From IMG/VR virus record IMGVR_UViG_3300029448_000057, positions 1-53,259 of that record: DNA of 53,259 bases, one strand, 5' to 3'. Below are positions 1 to 8,971 of this stretch, in pieces. The stretch is from a virus (taxonomy: Duplodnaviria; Caudoviricetes). The position numbers were made by a program, and so were the translations under genes. Below the pieces are notes generated by a model. It was not told the origin of the DNA. It worked only from the letters and a program-made list of their open reading frames with translations, and made no database searches. Every line of letters begins with the position of its first letter. Positions within the stretch are counted from its first letter, which is position 1.

Positions 1-52
1 CATAGCTGCAAAAATTACACCCACATCTGTTACTAAAACTATAGGTAGCTAA
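1..52 (+). CDS. 3' end of truncated tail-fibre-associated protein
   Basis: Frame from position 2 reads IAAKITPTSVTKTIGS*; TAA 50-52 overlaps the next ATG (TAATG coupling). Confidence 0.6.
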   Translation, partial: IAAKITPTSVTKTIGS

Positions 53-282
53 TGCCAGACACGATTACCATAAACGATCAAGACTACGAAGTAGCCGATC
101 TTAACGATCAACAAAAATACTTGTTAAGTCAGATACAAGAACTACGAGTCAAGAAACAAGACCTCATGCGACAAACAGATGTAGTGTCCGCAGCACTTTC
201 TGTCTTTGAACAACAGCTTACTGCGTCTGTAGAAATAAAAGAAACCGAAACCAAAACCATCAACGAAATAGCGGAGAGCTAA
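52..282 (+). CDS. Small coiled-coil protein next to tail fibre genes
   Basis: 76 aa ORF, heptad-like helix (LLSQIQELRVKKQDL), translationally coupled. Confidence 0.7.
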   Translation: MPDTITINDQDYEVADLNDQQKYLLSQIQELRVKKQDLMRQTDVVSAALSVFEQQLTASVEIKETETKTINEIAES

Positions 283-283
283 C

Positions 284-1198
284 GTGTTTGGTATATCCGC
301 CTTTTCCCAGTCGCCTTTTGCGTCATTAGGCGGAACCCCCGTACAAGTAGATATATCGGGTGTAGCTGCAACTGCTTCGTTACCTGATCCTACACAAGTA
401 GATCCAGTAACGATAGATGCCGAAGCAAACGTAACGCCAAACGGTCAAGTAGGTACAGGTGGAGCCCCTACTGCTGGTGTAAATGCTCAGGCTATTGCTA
501 CTGTAGCAGGATTACAAAGTTCAGTTGGTTCAGTAACCGTTACTACAGACGCTGAAGCTAATGTTACACCTACAGGTCAATCAGCAACATCAACATTAGG
601 TGGTGTAGCTGTTGTTGCAGGTGGAGATATAGGGGTAGCTGGACTTGCAGCCACAGGATCTGTTGGAACTTTAAGTTTTGATGCTGAAGCTAACGTAACT
701 CCTGCAGGTCAGTCAGCTACTGGACAAGTTTCAGGTGTCGGTGTGAATGCACAAGCTGTTGCCACATTACCTACATTATCAGCATCTGTTGGTGCAGTTA
801 CAGTTGCCACAGTAGACGCTGAGGCTAACGTAACTCCAACAGGTCAGAGTGCAACTTTAGCAGTAGGCACACTAAGTGTGGTCGCTAAAGCTAATGTTAC
901 ACCGTTGGGGCAAGCAGGAACTGGAGCTGTAGGAACACTTACTTTTATAGGTAAAGCTAACGTAATAACAACAGGACAAAGTGCTACTTCTGCTTTAGGT
1001 ACTGTAACACCTTCTGCTGCAGCTAATACAACACTAACAGGTGTTGAAGTTACAACCAGCTTGGGTAATGTATTTTTGTGGGTAGAGGTAGATGATTCGC
1101 AAACACCTAATTATAGTGAGGTAAACACAAGCCAAACACCTAATTGGACTGAAGTAGATGATTCGCAAACACCTGATTGGGAAGAGTTTGCAGCTTAA
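284..1198 (+). CDS. Repetitive beta-rich virion/tail protein
   Basis: GTG start after GGAG; MFGISAFSQSPFA N-terminus; DAEANVTPxGQ repeats and three C-terminal EVxxSQTP repeats; A/T/G/V rich. Confidence 0.7.
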   Translation: MFGISAFSQSPFASLGGTPVQVDISGVAATASLPDPTQVDPVTIDAEANVTPNGQVGTGGAPTAGVNAQAIATVAGLQSSVGSVTVTTDAEANVTPTGQSATSTLGGVAVVAGGDIGVAGLAATGSVGTLSFDAEANVTPAGQSATGQVSGVGVNAQAVATLPTLSASVGAVTVATVDAEANVTPTGQSATLAVGTLSVVAKANVTPLGQAGTGAVGTLTFIGKANVITTGQSATSALGTVTPSAAANTTLTGVEVTTSLGNVFLWVEVDDSQTPNYSEVNTSQTPNWTEVDDSQTPDWEEFAA

Positions 1199-1244
1199 AC
1201 TATGTTTATTTACGTTTTAATAATATAATAAATCTGAGGATATT

Positions 1245-2432
1245 ATGGCAAGTACATTTGATAATAATTTAAGATTAGCGGAAATGGCTACTGGTGACCA
1301 AGACGGTACATGGGGCACACAAACTAATACTAATTTAAGTCTTATTACAGACGCTTTTAAATACGGTTCAGAAGCCATAGCAAATGCTTCTTCTGATACT
1401 ATTACCCTAGCTAATGCAACAGCTGATGACGCAAGATCGTTTTACCTAAAATGCACAGGGGGCGGACAAGCGTGTACCGTAACTTTAGCTCCTAATACTG
1501 TATCTAAAGTTTGGATAATAGAAAATGCTACGAGTTACACATTAACTTTTTCTCAAGGTTCTGGTGCAAACATAGCCGTTGCTGCTGGGGCTACTAAGAT
1601 GATAGTTACAGACGGTGGTGGATCTAGTGCTGCTGTTTACGATGCTTTAGAAGATTTAGCTCTTGGTGGTACACCAACAGCTACTAATTTAACAGTTACT
1701 TCTTCTGTAACAGCAGATTCAGTAACTGCTCCTACCTTGACAGGATCAACTAGTGTAAAAACACCTTTAATAGAATACACCGATGGGGATGATGCTATAA
1801 CTATAGCTGACGGTGGCGGTATAACTGCTGCTGCGGGTATTACTTCTACTGCTGCTGCCAATACTTTTGGTGCTACATCTTTCAACGATGCAGATATTAC
1901 TAACGTTGGAAACATAAGCGTAGACGGTGTGTTAGGCGATGCTGACTCTGATACAGCCATGACCTTTTCTACTGATAACACAATAAGGTTTCAATGCGGA
2001 GGAAACAGTCAATTAATCATTTCTGATGGTGTGTTTTATCCACACGCTAACAATGATGTAGATTTGGGTTCTAGCTCTTATCAGTTTAAAGACGCATATT
2101 TTGATGGCACTGTTACAACAGACTCTATAACTAATTCTGGTGCTATTTATTCAGGTTCTTTTGTATACAGTTCAGATGTTTCTTTAAAAGAAGATATACA
2201 AACGATAGAAAACCCATTAGAAAAAGTACAAGCACTTAGAGGCGTTAGCTATAAATGGAAAGATACAGGCAGAAAAGATATCGGTTTAGTTGCTAATGAA
2301 GTAGAAGAAGTCTTACCTGAGTTGGTCGTAGAAAAAGGTCACAAACACATAGATTATGGACACATGATAGGACTTCTGGTTGAAGCTATGAAAGAACAAC
2401 AAAAAGAAATAGAGGAACTAAAAAATGCCTGA
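1245..2432 (+). CDS. Tail fibre with C-terminal intramolecular chaperone (peptidase S74-like)
   Basis: C-terminal SDVSLKEDI...LRGVSYKWK...IGLVANEVEEVLPELV...IDYGHMIGLLVEAMKEQQKEIEELK; S/T/A/G-rich body. Confidence 0.85.
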   Translation: MASTFDNNLRLAEMATGDQDGTWGTQTNTNLSLITDAFKYGSEAIANASSDTITLANATADDARSFYLKCTGGGQACTVTLAPNTVSKVWIIENATSYTLTFSQGSGANIAVAAGATKMIVTDGGGSSAAVYDALEDLALGGTPTATNLTVTSSVTADSVTAPTLTGSTSVKTPLIEYTDGDDAITIADGGGITAAAGITSTAAANTFGATSFNDADITNVGNISVDGVLGDADSDTAMTFSTDNTIRFQCGGNSQLIISDGVFYPHANNDVDLGSSSYQFKDAYFDGTVTTDSITNSGAIYSGSFVYSSDVSLKEDIQTIENPLEKVQALRGVSYKWKDTGRKDIGLVANEVEEVLPELVVEKGHKHIDYGHMIGLLVEAMKEQQKEIEELKNA

Positions 2433-2958
2433 TTTCTTTCAATTAGGTTTAAACGACGAGTATGTTTTTAGATATGGTCCCGGCTCTGGAGGAAACTCTA
2501 GACCAGAATTAGGCAGATGGATAGGTTTGAGAAACACAGGCAGTAATGCTTTATTTATTCCTCAAAAAACAGAAACAGAATATACCGCTGTTTACAACAA
2601 TATAGGCAGTCTTTCTGGTATAACTCTAACTTCGGGGCAGTACGGTGTTTATACTATCAGTAGCGATTCAGCCGTAGGCAAGCTATACAGCAATACAGCA
2701 GCCATGGGACTACCCAGTGGTTCTGCGTGTTGGTCACCAAGCACACCGTCAGCCACATACGCTACTCCGCCTTCTTGTCCAAGCGGTTTTTCAGATGAGG
2801 GCGTAACTAACACAAAAGATGTGCAAACCAGTGATGAAGTAGGAAAAACAGGCGTTAACCACGGAGATGCAGGATGGATGGCGTATCAATACTTGGGATA
2901 TTATTGTCCCGGATCATTTGTCTCAAATATTTCAGTACGAGTTTGCTCTAAGGATTAA
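2425..2958 (+). CDS. Hypothetical Cys-containing protein, possible receptor-binding/tail-tip accessory
   Basis: Overlaps the tail fibre stop; G/S/Y-rich with 4 Cys. Confidence 0.55.
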   Translation: MPDFFQLGLNDEYVFRYGPGSGGNSRPELGRWIGLRNTGSNALFIPQKTETEYTAVYNNIGSLSGITLTSGQYGVYTISSDSAVGKLYSNTAAMGLPSGSACWSPSTPSATYATPPSCPSGFSDEGVTNTKDVQTSDEVGKTGVNHGDAGWMAYQYLGYYCPGSFVSNISVRVCSKD

Positions 2959-2959
2959 A

Positions 2960-3316
2960 ATGACTTTGATAGAATTAAAAGATTTAGAAACTACTTTAGC
3001 TGCAAGCCCTAATCAAAAACATGCTGTATATATAACTATGCAAGATTGTTCTGATTGCAGCACAAACGAAAACACTTTAAATAATGCTTTTTCTACAATA
3101 TCTGATATTAAGTGGTATAAAATTCATGTAACAGAGGAAACACCTTTCTTTGCGCCTACAACCGTACCGTCTGTTGTATTTTTTGAAGGTAGAAACAGAG
3201 TTGTCGAAGGTATTGGCATCATGGATTCTTCGAACATAGATGCCTTTGTGCAATTTGTAAAAAGCTTTCTTGGTCTCACCGAGGGAGAAAAATGGTTGAG
3301 CTCTATGGTTGAGTAA
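2960..3316 (+). CDS. Thioredoxin-fold protein
   Basis: CSDC motif plus TVPSVVFF cis-Pro strand; ATG 2960 follows AAGGA, preferred over track start 2867. Confidence 0.7.
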   Translation: MTLIELKDLETTLAASPNQKHAVYITMQDCSDCSTNENTLNNAFSTISDIKWYKIHVTEETPFFAPTTVPSVVFFEGRNRVVEGIGIMDSSNIDAFVQFVKSFLGLTEGEKWLSSMVE

Positions 3317-3471
3317 TGGAACTTAAACTTGAAAGAGATAGAAAATTAAATATTTGTAATAGTTGTGATAAGTATAATAAAGGTATGAAAATTTGTAGTA
3401 TTTGTAAATGTGTTATGCCACTTAAAGTTTTTATAAAAGGTAATACTTGTCCCCTAAATAAACATGGCTAG
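3316..3471 (+). CDS. Small Cys-rich metal-binding protein (DUF6171-like), not in ORF track
   Basis: MELKLERDRKLNICNSCDKYNKGMKICSICKCVMPLKVFIKGNTCPLNKHG*, 51 aa, TAATG coupling. Confidence 0.75.
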   Translation: MELKLERDRKLNICNSCDKYNKGMKICSICKCVMPLKVFIKGNTCPLNKHG

Positions 3472-3673
3472 ATCAACAGTAACAGAAGTAGACAAAAGAT
3501 TAAGCTCACATGAGGCTGCATGTGAACAGAGGTGGCGTGAAAACTACCGTAGATTAGATTCTATAGAAAATGAAGTGCGTAGCGTGAATAAATCTATAAG
3601 AGCAGCATTGATATTTTTTGGTATCACCACATTAGGTATAGCGGGTTTTTTATTAAAAACTATTTTATTTTAA
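3464..3673 (+). CDS. Coiled-coil protein with C-terminal TM helix (lysis-associated, XhlA-like)
   Basis: HEAACEQRW coiled coil then hydrophobic ALIFFGITTLGIAGFLL; directly upstream of the endolysin. Confidence 0.6.
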   Translation: MARSTVTEVDKRLSSHEAACEQRWRENYRRLDSIENEVRSVNKSIRAALIFFGITTLGIAGFLLKTILF

Positions 3674-3682
3674 AATGATGAT

Positions 3683-4147
3683 ATGTTTAATCCAGAAACT
3701 AAATTATCAAAACACTTTAAACTCAAAGAGCTTGAGAAATCTCATACTGCTCAAAGAAATAGTATTGATAATAGAGTCAAAGATAAAATTATACTTGACA
3801 ATTTAGTTGTATTATGCGAAAATGTTCTTGAACCCATACGAACAAATTTTAATATTCCTTTTAGTCCTAATTCTGGCTATCGCAGTTTAGAGCTTAACAG
3901 ATTATTAGGGTCAAAAGATACTAGTCAACACGTCAAAGGTGAAGCTGTTGATATAGAAATACCCACTATTTCTAACAGAGATTTAGCAGAGTGGACAAAA
4001 CGTAACTGTGATTTTGATAATATAATTTTAGAATTTTATGATGAAGATGATCCACAAAGTGGTTGGGTACATGTTTCATACACTAAATCTACAGTTCGTA
4101 GAAAACAAACACTCATGTACAACGGTAGAGAGTACAAACATTTTTAA
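3683..4147 (+). CDS. Endolysin, peptidase M15 family
   Basis: SGYRS..LN, SQH.KGEA.D and GWVHVS zinc-peptidase motifs. Confidence 0.9.
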   Translation: MFNPETKLSKHFKLKELEKSHTAQRNSIDNRVKDKIILDNLVVLCENVLEPIRTNFNIPFSPNSGYRSLELNRLLGSKDTSQHVKGEAVDIEIPTISNRDLAEWTKRNCDFDNIILEFYDEDDPQSGWVHVSYTKSTVRRKQTLMYNGREYKHF

Positions 4148-4155
4148 TTTTAATT

Positions 4156-6042
4156 ATGGCTTTAAGGAAATTAATATTTAGACCTGGAATCAACAGAGAA
4201 GGGACTGACTACGATAACGAAGGCGGTTGGTTTGATGTCAACTTAGTCAGGTTTCGTAAAGGCAGACCTGAAAAGTTTGGTGGATGGGTAAAAGTATTTA
4301 CAGATTCTTACACAGGCATAGCTAGAGCACTACATAGTTGGGTGAATTTACAAGGTAGTAAATTACTAGGTATAGGGACAACTAAAAAATATTATATCAG
4401 TGGTGGTAGTTTTTACAGCAGCACTTCAGTTTTTAACGATATAACTCCAATAAGAAAAACTGTGTCGTGTACTTTTTCAGCAAGTGATACTTCATCCACT
4501 ATTACTGTCACTGCTGCTGCACATGGTTCATTAATTAATGATTATGTAATTTTTGCTGGTGCAACAACCTTGGGTGGTTTAATAACAGCTGAAGTATTAA
4601 ATCAAGAATATCAAATATTAGCAGTTACTGGCACTAATACATTCACTATAACAGCGAAAGATACTTCAGGTAACACAGTAACAGCTAATGCATCTGATAG
4701 TGGTAGTGGTGGAGGAAGTGCTACTGCAGCATTACAAGTTAGTTATGGAGCTGATGATTATGTCGCTTCAACAGGTTGGGGTGTTGGAGCATGGGGGGAT
4801 AGTACATGGGGTTCAACAACTGCTATTTCTGAACTTAATCAGTTAAGGTTATGGACACATGATAATTATGGAGAAGATTTAGTAATAAATATCCGTAATG
4901 GTGGTATTTATTATTGGGACGCTTCTGATAACTATTTAGCTACAGTTAGGGCAGTAGAATTAAAAAACAAGAGTGGTGCTAAATTAGTTCCTACTAAAGC
5001 CCTACAAGTTTTAACTTCAGAAAAAGATAGACACTTAATAGTTTTAGGAGCAGACAGAATAGATACTTCTGGAACAGCTAGAACAGGAACTATAGATCCT
5101 TTACATATAGCTTTTAGTGACCAAGAAAATCCTTTTAACTTCGAGCCATTATCTACTAATACAGCAGGTTCACTACAGTTATCATCTGGTTCTATAATAG
5201 TTGGAGCAGTAAAAGGTAGGCAAGAAACTTTGATATGGACAGACACAGCATTATACAGTATGCAGTTTATTGGTCCACCTTTTACATTCGGAATAAATTT
5301 AATAAATGAAAACTCTGGTTTAGTATCCCCCAAGGGAGCTATAACAACACCAAAAGGTATATTCTGGATGGGTTATGATAATTTTTATATCTATGGTGGT
5401 TCAGTGAATAAACTACCTTGCACTGTGCAAAATTATGTATTTAGTGATATAAATAAAAGTCAAATATATAAAGTTTTTGCTTTTACAATAAACGCTAAAA
5501 GTGAAGTAGGTTGGTATTATCCTTCTAAAAATTCTACTGAGATTGACAGGTATGTACTATATAATTATGAAGAAAATACTTGGACTTACGGTCAATTAGT
5601 TAGACACGCTTGGATTGATGAAGGAGTGTATGATTATCCACAAGCTACAGGAGCAACTTATTTATACGAGCATGAAACTGGTTTTGATGATGATGGCAGT
5701 CCAATGACAGGAGTTTTTATAGAATCTTCTGACTTAGATTTAGAAGATGGAGAACAATTTAGTTTTGTTAATAGACTCATTCCAGATGTTAAATTTTTAA
5801 ATACTAGTGGTGGTAATAAAATAAATTTAGTAACTAAAACAAGAAATTTTCCAGGAGATACACTAACTACTAGATCAACAACTTCAATAAGTCCTACCAC
5901 ACAAAAAGCTGATATAAGAGCAAGAGGTAGGCAGTTTGTGTTAAGGGTTGAATCAGATGATGACGATGTATCTGGTAACACAGGCACTGGTTGGCGTGTT
6001 GGTGCTACTAGAGTAGACTTCAAAAACGATGGCAGAAGATAA
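4156..6042 (+). CDS. Tail nozzle / DNA-stabilisation protein (P22 gp10 or T7 gp12-like beta-propeller)
   Basis: 628 aa, beta-rich with WD-like repeats; lies before the internal virion genes. Confidence 0.65.
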   Translation: MALRKLIFRPGINREGTDYDNEGGWFDVNLVRFRKGRPEKFGGWVKVFTDSYTGIARALHSWVNLQGSKLLGIGTTKKYYISGGSFYSSTSVFNDITPIRKTVSCTFSASDTSSTITVTAAAHGSLINDYVIFAGATTLGGLITAEVLNQEYQILAVTGTNTFTITAKDTSGNTVTANASDSGSGGGSATAALQVSYGADDYVASTGWGVGAWGDSTWGSTTAISELNQLRLWTHDNYGEDLVINIRNGGIYYWDASDNYLATVRAVELKNKSGAKLVPTKALQVLTSEKDRHLIVLGADRIDTSGTARTGTIDPLHIAFSDQENPFNFEPLSTNTAGSLQLSSGSIIVGAVKGRQETLIWTDTALYSMQFIGPPFTFGINLINENSGLVSPKGAITTPKGIFWMGYDNFYIYGGSVNKLPCTVQNYVFSDINKSQIYKVFAFTINAKSEVGWYYPSKNSTEIDRYVLYNYEENTWTYGQLVRHAWIDEGVYDYPQATGATYLYEHETGFDDDGSPMTGVFIESSDLDLEDGEQFSFVNRLIPDVKFLNTSGGNKINLVTKTRNFPGDTLTTRSTTSISPTTQKADIRARGRQFVLRVESDDDDVSGNTGTGWRVGATRVDFKNDGRR

Positions 6043-6380
6043 TGGCAAAGTTATTACAAACAAACCTGCCTTTAGCACTTAATGACGATGTTAGTGCTGA
6101 CTTATACAACAGATTAATAAGAATTTTAGAAATCAACCTTGGTGAGTTTGACCCAAGCAATACTGATCAATTTTCTACCTTAGAAAGAAACGTAATAAGT
6201 TTTAATCCTGGAAGTATTATTTTTAACACAGATTTAGAAAAACTACAAGTATGGTCAGGCACTGCATGGTATAACATTGATATGCAGTTAGAAGAACAAA
6301 AGAATTTTTTAATGGTCAGTAGTTTAGGTAAAGTTACTGTCACTAATGTAAATAATGGCGACATAAGCATTAATTTATGA
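6042..6380 (+). CDS. Hypothetical structural protein
   Basis: Coupled ORF; GSIIFNTDLEKLQVWSGTAW strand motif typical of tail proteins. Confidence 0.6.
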   Translation: MAKLLQTNLPLALNDDVSADLYNRLIRILEINLGEFDPSNTDQFSTLERNVISFNPGSIIFNTDLEKLQVWSGTAWYNIDMQLEEQKNFLMVSSLGKVTVTNVNNGDISINL

Positions 6381-6820
6381 TTCATAAAGTTTGTAAAACT
6401 TGTAAAAATGAAACAGATAGGTTTGAGTTAGGTAAAAATGTATGTGATGTTTGTAGACAGAAACAAAAAGTTAAAAACATAACTAGGTCACACTATAGAT
6501 ATTTAAAAAACTTGTTTGTACAACTAAGGAATAAAAGAGAAAAACAAGGGCTTAAATGGTCATTAATACCTGAAGATTTATATGAAATATGGGATGAACA
6601 AGAAGGTAAATGTGCTCTTACAGGTATGCTATTAACTTATGATAGGATTAATGGTGGAAGTGATACTAATGTCTCTATTGATAGAATAAAACCTAAAGGC
6701 AAGTATGTTAAAAAAAATATACAACTAGTTACAAAAAAGGTAAACTTGTTAAAGCATACTATGGAACAAAATGATTTATTGGCTATCGTAGGTAAAATTT
6801 ATGAGAAGAAAATTTCCTGA
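6377..6820 (+). CDS. HNH-like endonuclease
   Basis: N-terminal CxxC..CxxC; QEGKCALTG...SIDRI.P...Y...NIQLV...VN beta-beta-alpha-Me core. Confidence 0.7.
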   Translation: MIHKVCKTCKNETDRFELGKNVCDVCRQKQKVKNITRSHYRYLKNLFVQLRNKREKQGLKWSLIPEDLYEIWDEQEGKCALTGMLLTYDRINGGSDTNVSIDRIKPKGKYVKKNIQLVTKKVNLLKHTMEQNDLLAIVGKIYEKKIS

Positions 6821-7046
6821 AGTCAATAAAACCAGAAAGGGTGTTCCTAAAGCATACCTAAAAGGTGCTAAAAACCCTGCTGCACGTGAGCGAGAGATTT
6901 TAAAAACACGTAAAAAATATCTTTCGGGTAAAATGACTAAAGCTGATTATGAGGCTGTAGAAAAATCACGAGCAAAGGATGCAAAAGCTAAAACTAAAAA
7001 AGGGCGGAAGCGTACCAGCGTGCGTAAAAAAGTACGCAAAAAGTAG
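6801..7046 (+). CDS. Small basic protein
   Basis: 81 aa, very K/R-rich, KGVPKAYLKG motif. Confidence 0.65.
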   Translation: MRRKFPEVNKTRKGVPKAYLKGAKNPAAREREILKTRKKYLSGKMTKADYEAVEKSRAKDAKAKTKKGRKRTSVRKKVRKK

Positions 7047-7431
7047 TGGTAAATCTGTTTCAACATTAAACAAGGTTTACAAAAGAGGACAAGGAGCTTA
7101 CTTTAGTTCTGGTTCACGTCCTGGACAATCTTCACACTCATGGGGTTGTGGACGTGTAAGATCTTTTGCTACTGGTAAAGGTGGTGCTAGAAAAGCAGAC
7201 GCTGATTTATTAGGTAAAAAGAAAAAGAAAAAAATGTCACACGGTGGTGAACATAAATTTAATCCTAAAAAGGCTGATCTAAACAAAGACGGTAAGCTAA
7301 GTTCATACGAAAGAAAAAGAGGCAGAGCTGTCGCAGCTAATATGTCTAGAGGTGGTCAGTTTAAACAAAGCAAACACAAAGGTTGTGGTGCTGTAATGAA
7401 CAATAGAAGAAAAACAACTAAATTCAGATGA
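6979..7431 (+). CDS. Basic protein (DUF5824-like N-half, DLNKDGKLS motif)
   Basis: LNKVYKRGQGAYFSSGSRPG...WG.GRV.SF...GGARKADADL; start uncertain. Confidence 0.65.
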   Translation: MQKLKLKKGGSVPACVKKYAKSSGKSVSTLNKVYKRGQGAYFSSGSRPGQSSHSWGCGRVRSFATGKGGARKADADLLGKKKKKKMSHGGEHKFNPKKADLNKDGKLSSYERKRGRAVAANMSRGGQFKQSKHKGCGAVMNNRRKTTKFR

Positions 7432-7826
7432 GCGATCCTATAACAAACTCAGTAATCGGTATAGCCGATAAGGTGTTGGGTAAATTTGTACCTGACAAAA
7501 ATTTAAAAATGCAACTTGAGCATGAACTCAAGACACAATTACAAACTGCTAACTTAGCACAGATAGAAGTCAATAAGATTGAAGCTGCGAGTAAAAGTTG
7601 GTTTGTAGCTGGGTGGCGACCATCTGTCGGCTGGGTATGTAGTTTGGCTATGCTTTATCATTTTATTTTAGCTCCCATGCTACAGTTCGCTTTAGGTATA
7701 GCAGGGTTACAAGTAGCTTTACCTGAGTTTGACTTTAGTCAACTGTCTACTATATTAATGGCTATGTTAGGTATGGCTGGTTTAAGAACGTATGAGAAAC
7801 AACAGAAAGTAACTAAGGGTAACTAA
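7428..7826 (+). CDS. Holin (GTA 3TM-like)
   Basis: SWFVAGWRPSVGWVC...L.TILMAMLGMAGLRTYEK signature; hydrophobic helices. Confidence 0.8.
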   Translation: MSDPITNSVIGIADKVLGKFVPDKNLKMQLEHELKTQLQTANLAQIEVNKIEAASKSWFVAGWRPSVGWVCSLAMLYHFILAPMLQFALGIAGLQVALPEFDFSQLSTILMAMLGMAGLRTYEKQQKVTKGN

Positions 7827-8971
7827 TGGATCTACAAGGTATAGCAACATTAGGTAGAGGTGGTGACACTATGCTAGGACACTTAACTCCTGGAGAAATA
7901 GTAATACCTAAACCTTTGGCTGATGACCCTGTATTTAAAAGAAAGTTATTTCAAGAGTTCATGAAAAATGACATGAATTTAAATACTTACATTGTAGGTA
8001 ATGATGCTAACCAAATTAATCCCTCTACAGGCATAGGTGAATACAAAACAATATTTGAAAGGTTTGGTGGGTTTATACAGCGTAATGCACCAGAGATCGG
8101 TGCTACTATAGGGTTTATTTTTGGTGGTCCAGCTGGTTCTGCTGCTGGTGGTGCAGTAGGTGAAGTTGTTAAAAGAGGTAAAAAAGTACAGATAGGGGAT
8201 GTAGCTCGGTCTGCTGCTAAAGCATATTTAGCTACTTCTGCTATACAAGGTGTAGGCATACAAGGCGGTGGAGGTTTTTCTACTAACCCTTTTGCTAACT
8301 TTGGTCAAGCTACTTCTGCAGCTGCATCTGGTATGGCTCCTGGAAGTCCAGGAAGTTATGTGCAAAACTTCGTGGCACGTGGTGCACAAATGATGGGAGC
8401 TAATCCTATAGGTGATGTACCCACATTCACTACTTCAATGAACGCACTTAGAGCTAACCCACTACAATATGCAGGGCTAGGTGCACTAGGCTTAACATCG
8501 TTAAGTGACATAGGTGGTGGTGGATCAGGAGGCAGTGCTCCACAATTTATTGACACACCACAATTAGGCGATTACATGTCAAGAGGATTAACTACTAGAG
8601 ATCAATTGATAAATAACCCTGTCATGAGTCCTGTACCTGGATTTACACAGATGCCAGATGGTAGTTTAGTACCAATATTAGACGATGATGAAGAGCAATT
8701 AGCCATGCCTTTCCCTACTTTTAACGTATTACCTGTAAAAGATGGAGGTATAATAGATTTAAGAAACGTAGGCGGTGATATATCAGACCCAGAAGGTTCT
8801 GGTGATGAGGATACTGTAAACGCTATATTAGCAGATGGCGAGTTTGTTTTGACTAAACAAGCTGTAGCTGGTGTAGGTGACGGTGATCATGACAATGGTA
8901 TAAAGAAACTTTATGATTTTATGAACAAAAATGAAAATAAAGCTAAATCAATGGGAATAGGTAGAGCATAA
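7826..8971 (+). CDS. Internal virion / DNA ejection protein
   Basis: Gly-rich; GRGGDTMLGHLTPGE and D.V.AILADGEFVLT motifs; position after the nozzle gene. Confidence 0.6.
   Translation: MDLQGIATLGRGGDTMLGHLTPGEIVIPKPLADDPVFKRKLFQEFMKNDMNLNTYIVGNDANQINPSTGIGEYKTIFERFGGFIQRNAPEIGATIGFIFGGPAGSAAGGAVGEVVKRGKKVQIGDVARSAAKAYLATSAIQGVGIQGGGGFSTNPFANFGQATSAAASGMAPGSPGSYVQNFVARGAQMMGANPIGDVPTFTTSMNALRANPLQYAGLGALGLTSLSDIGGGGSGGSAPQFIDTPQLGDYMSRGLTTRDQLINNPVMSPVPGFTQMPDGSLVPILDDDEEQLAMPFPTFNVLPVKDGGIIDLRNVGGDISDPEGSGDEDTVNAILADGEFVLTKQAVAGVGDGDHDNGIKKLYDFMNKNENKAKSMGIGRA

Noticed and set aside
284-2958. Diversity-generating retroelement or invertible tail cassette
   Set aside because: No reverse transcriptase, invertase or template/variable repeat pair seen; the repeats are ordinary protein repeats
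6801-7431. Programmed frameshift joining the two overlapping basic ORFs
   Set aside because: The overlap and A-runs exist, but the second ORF has its own ATG and I see no clear stimulatory structure
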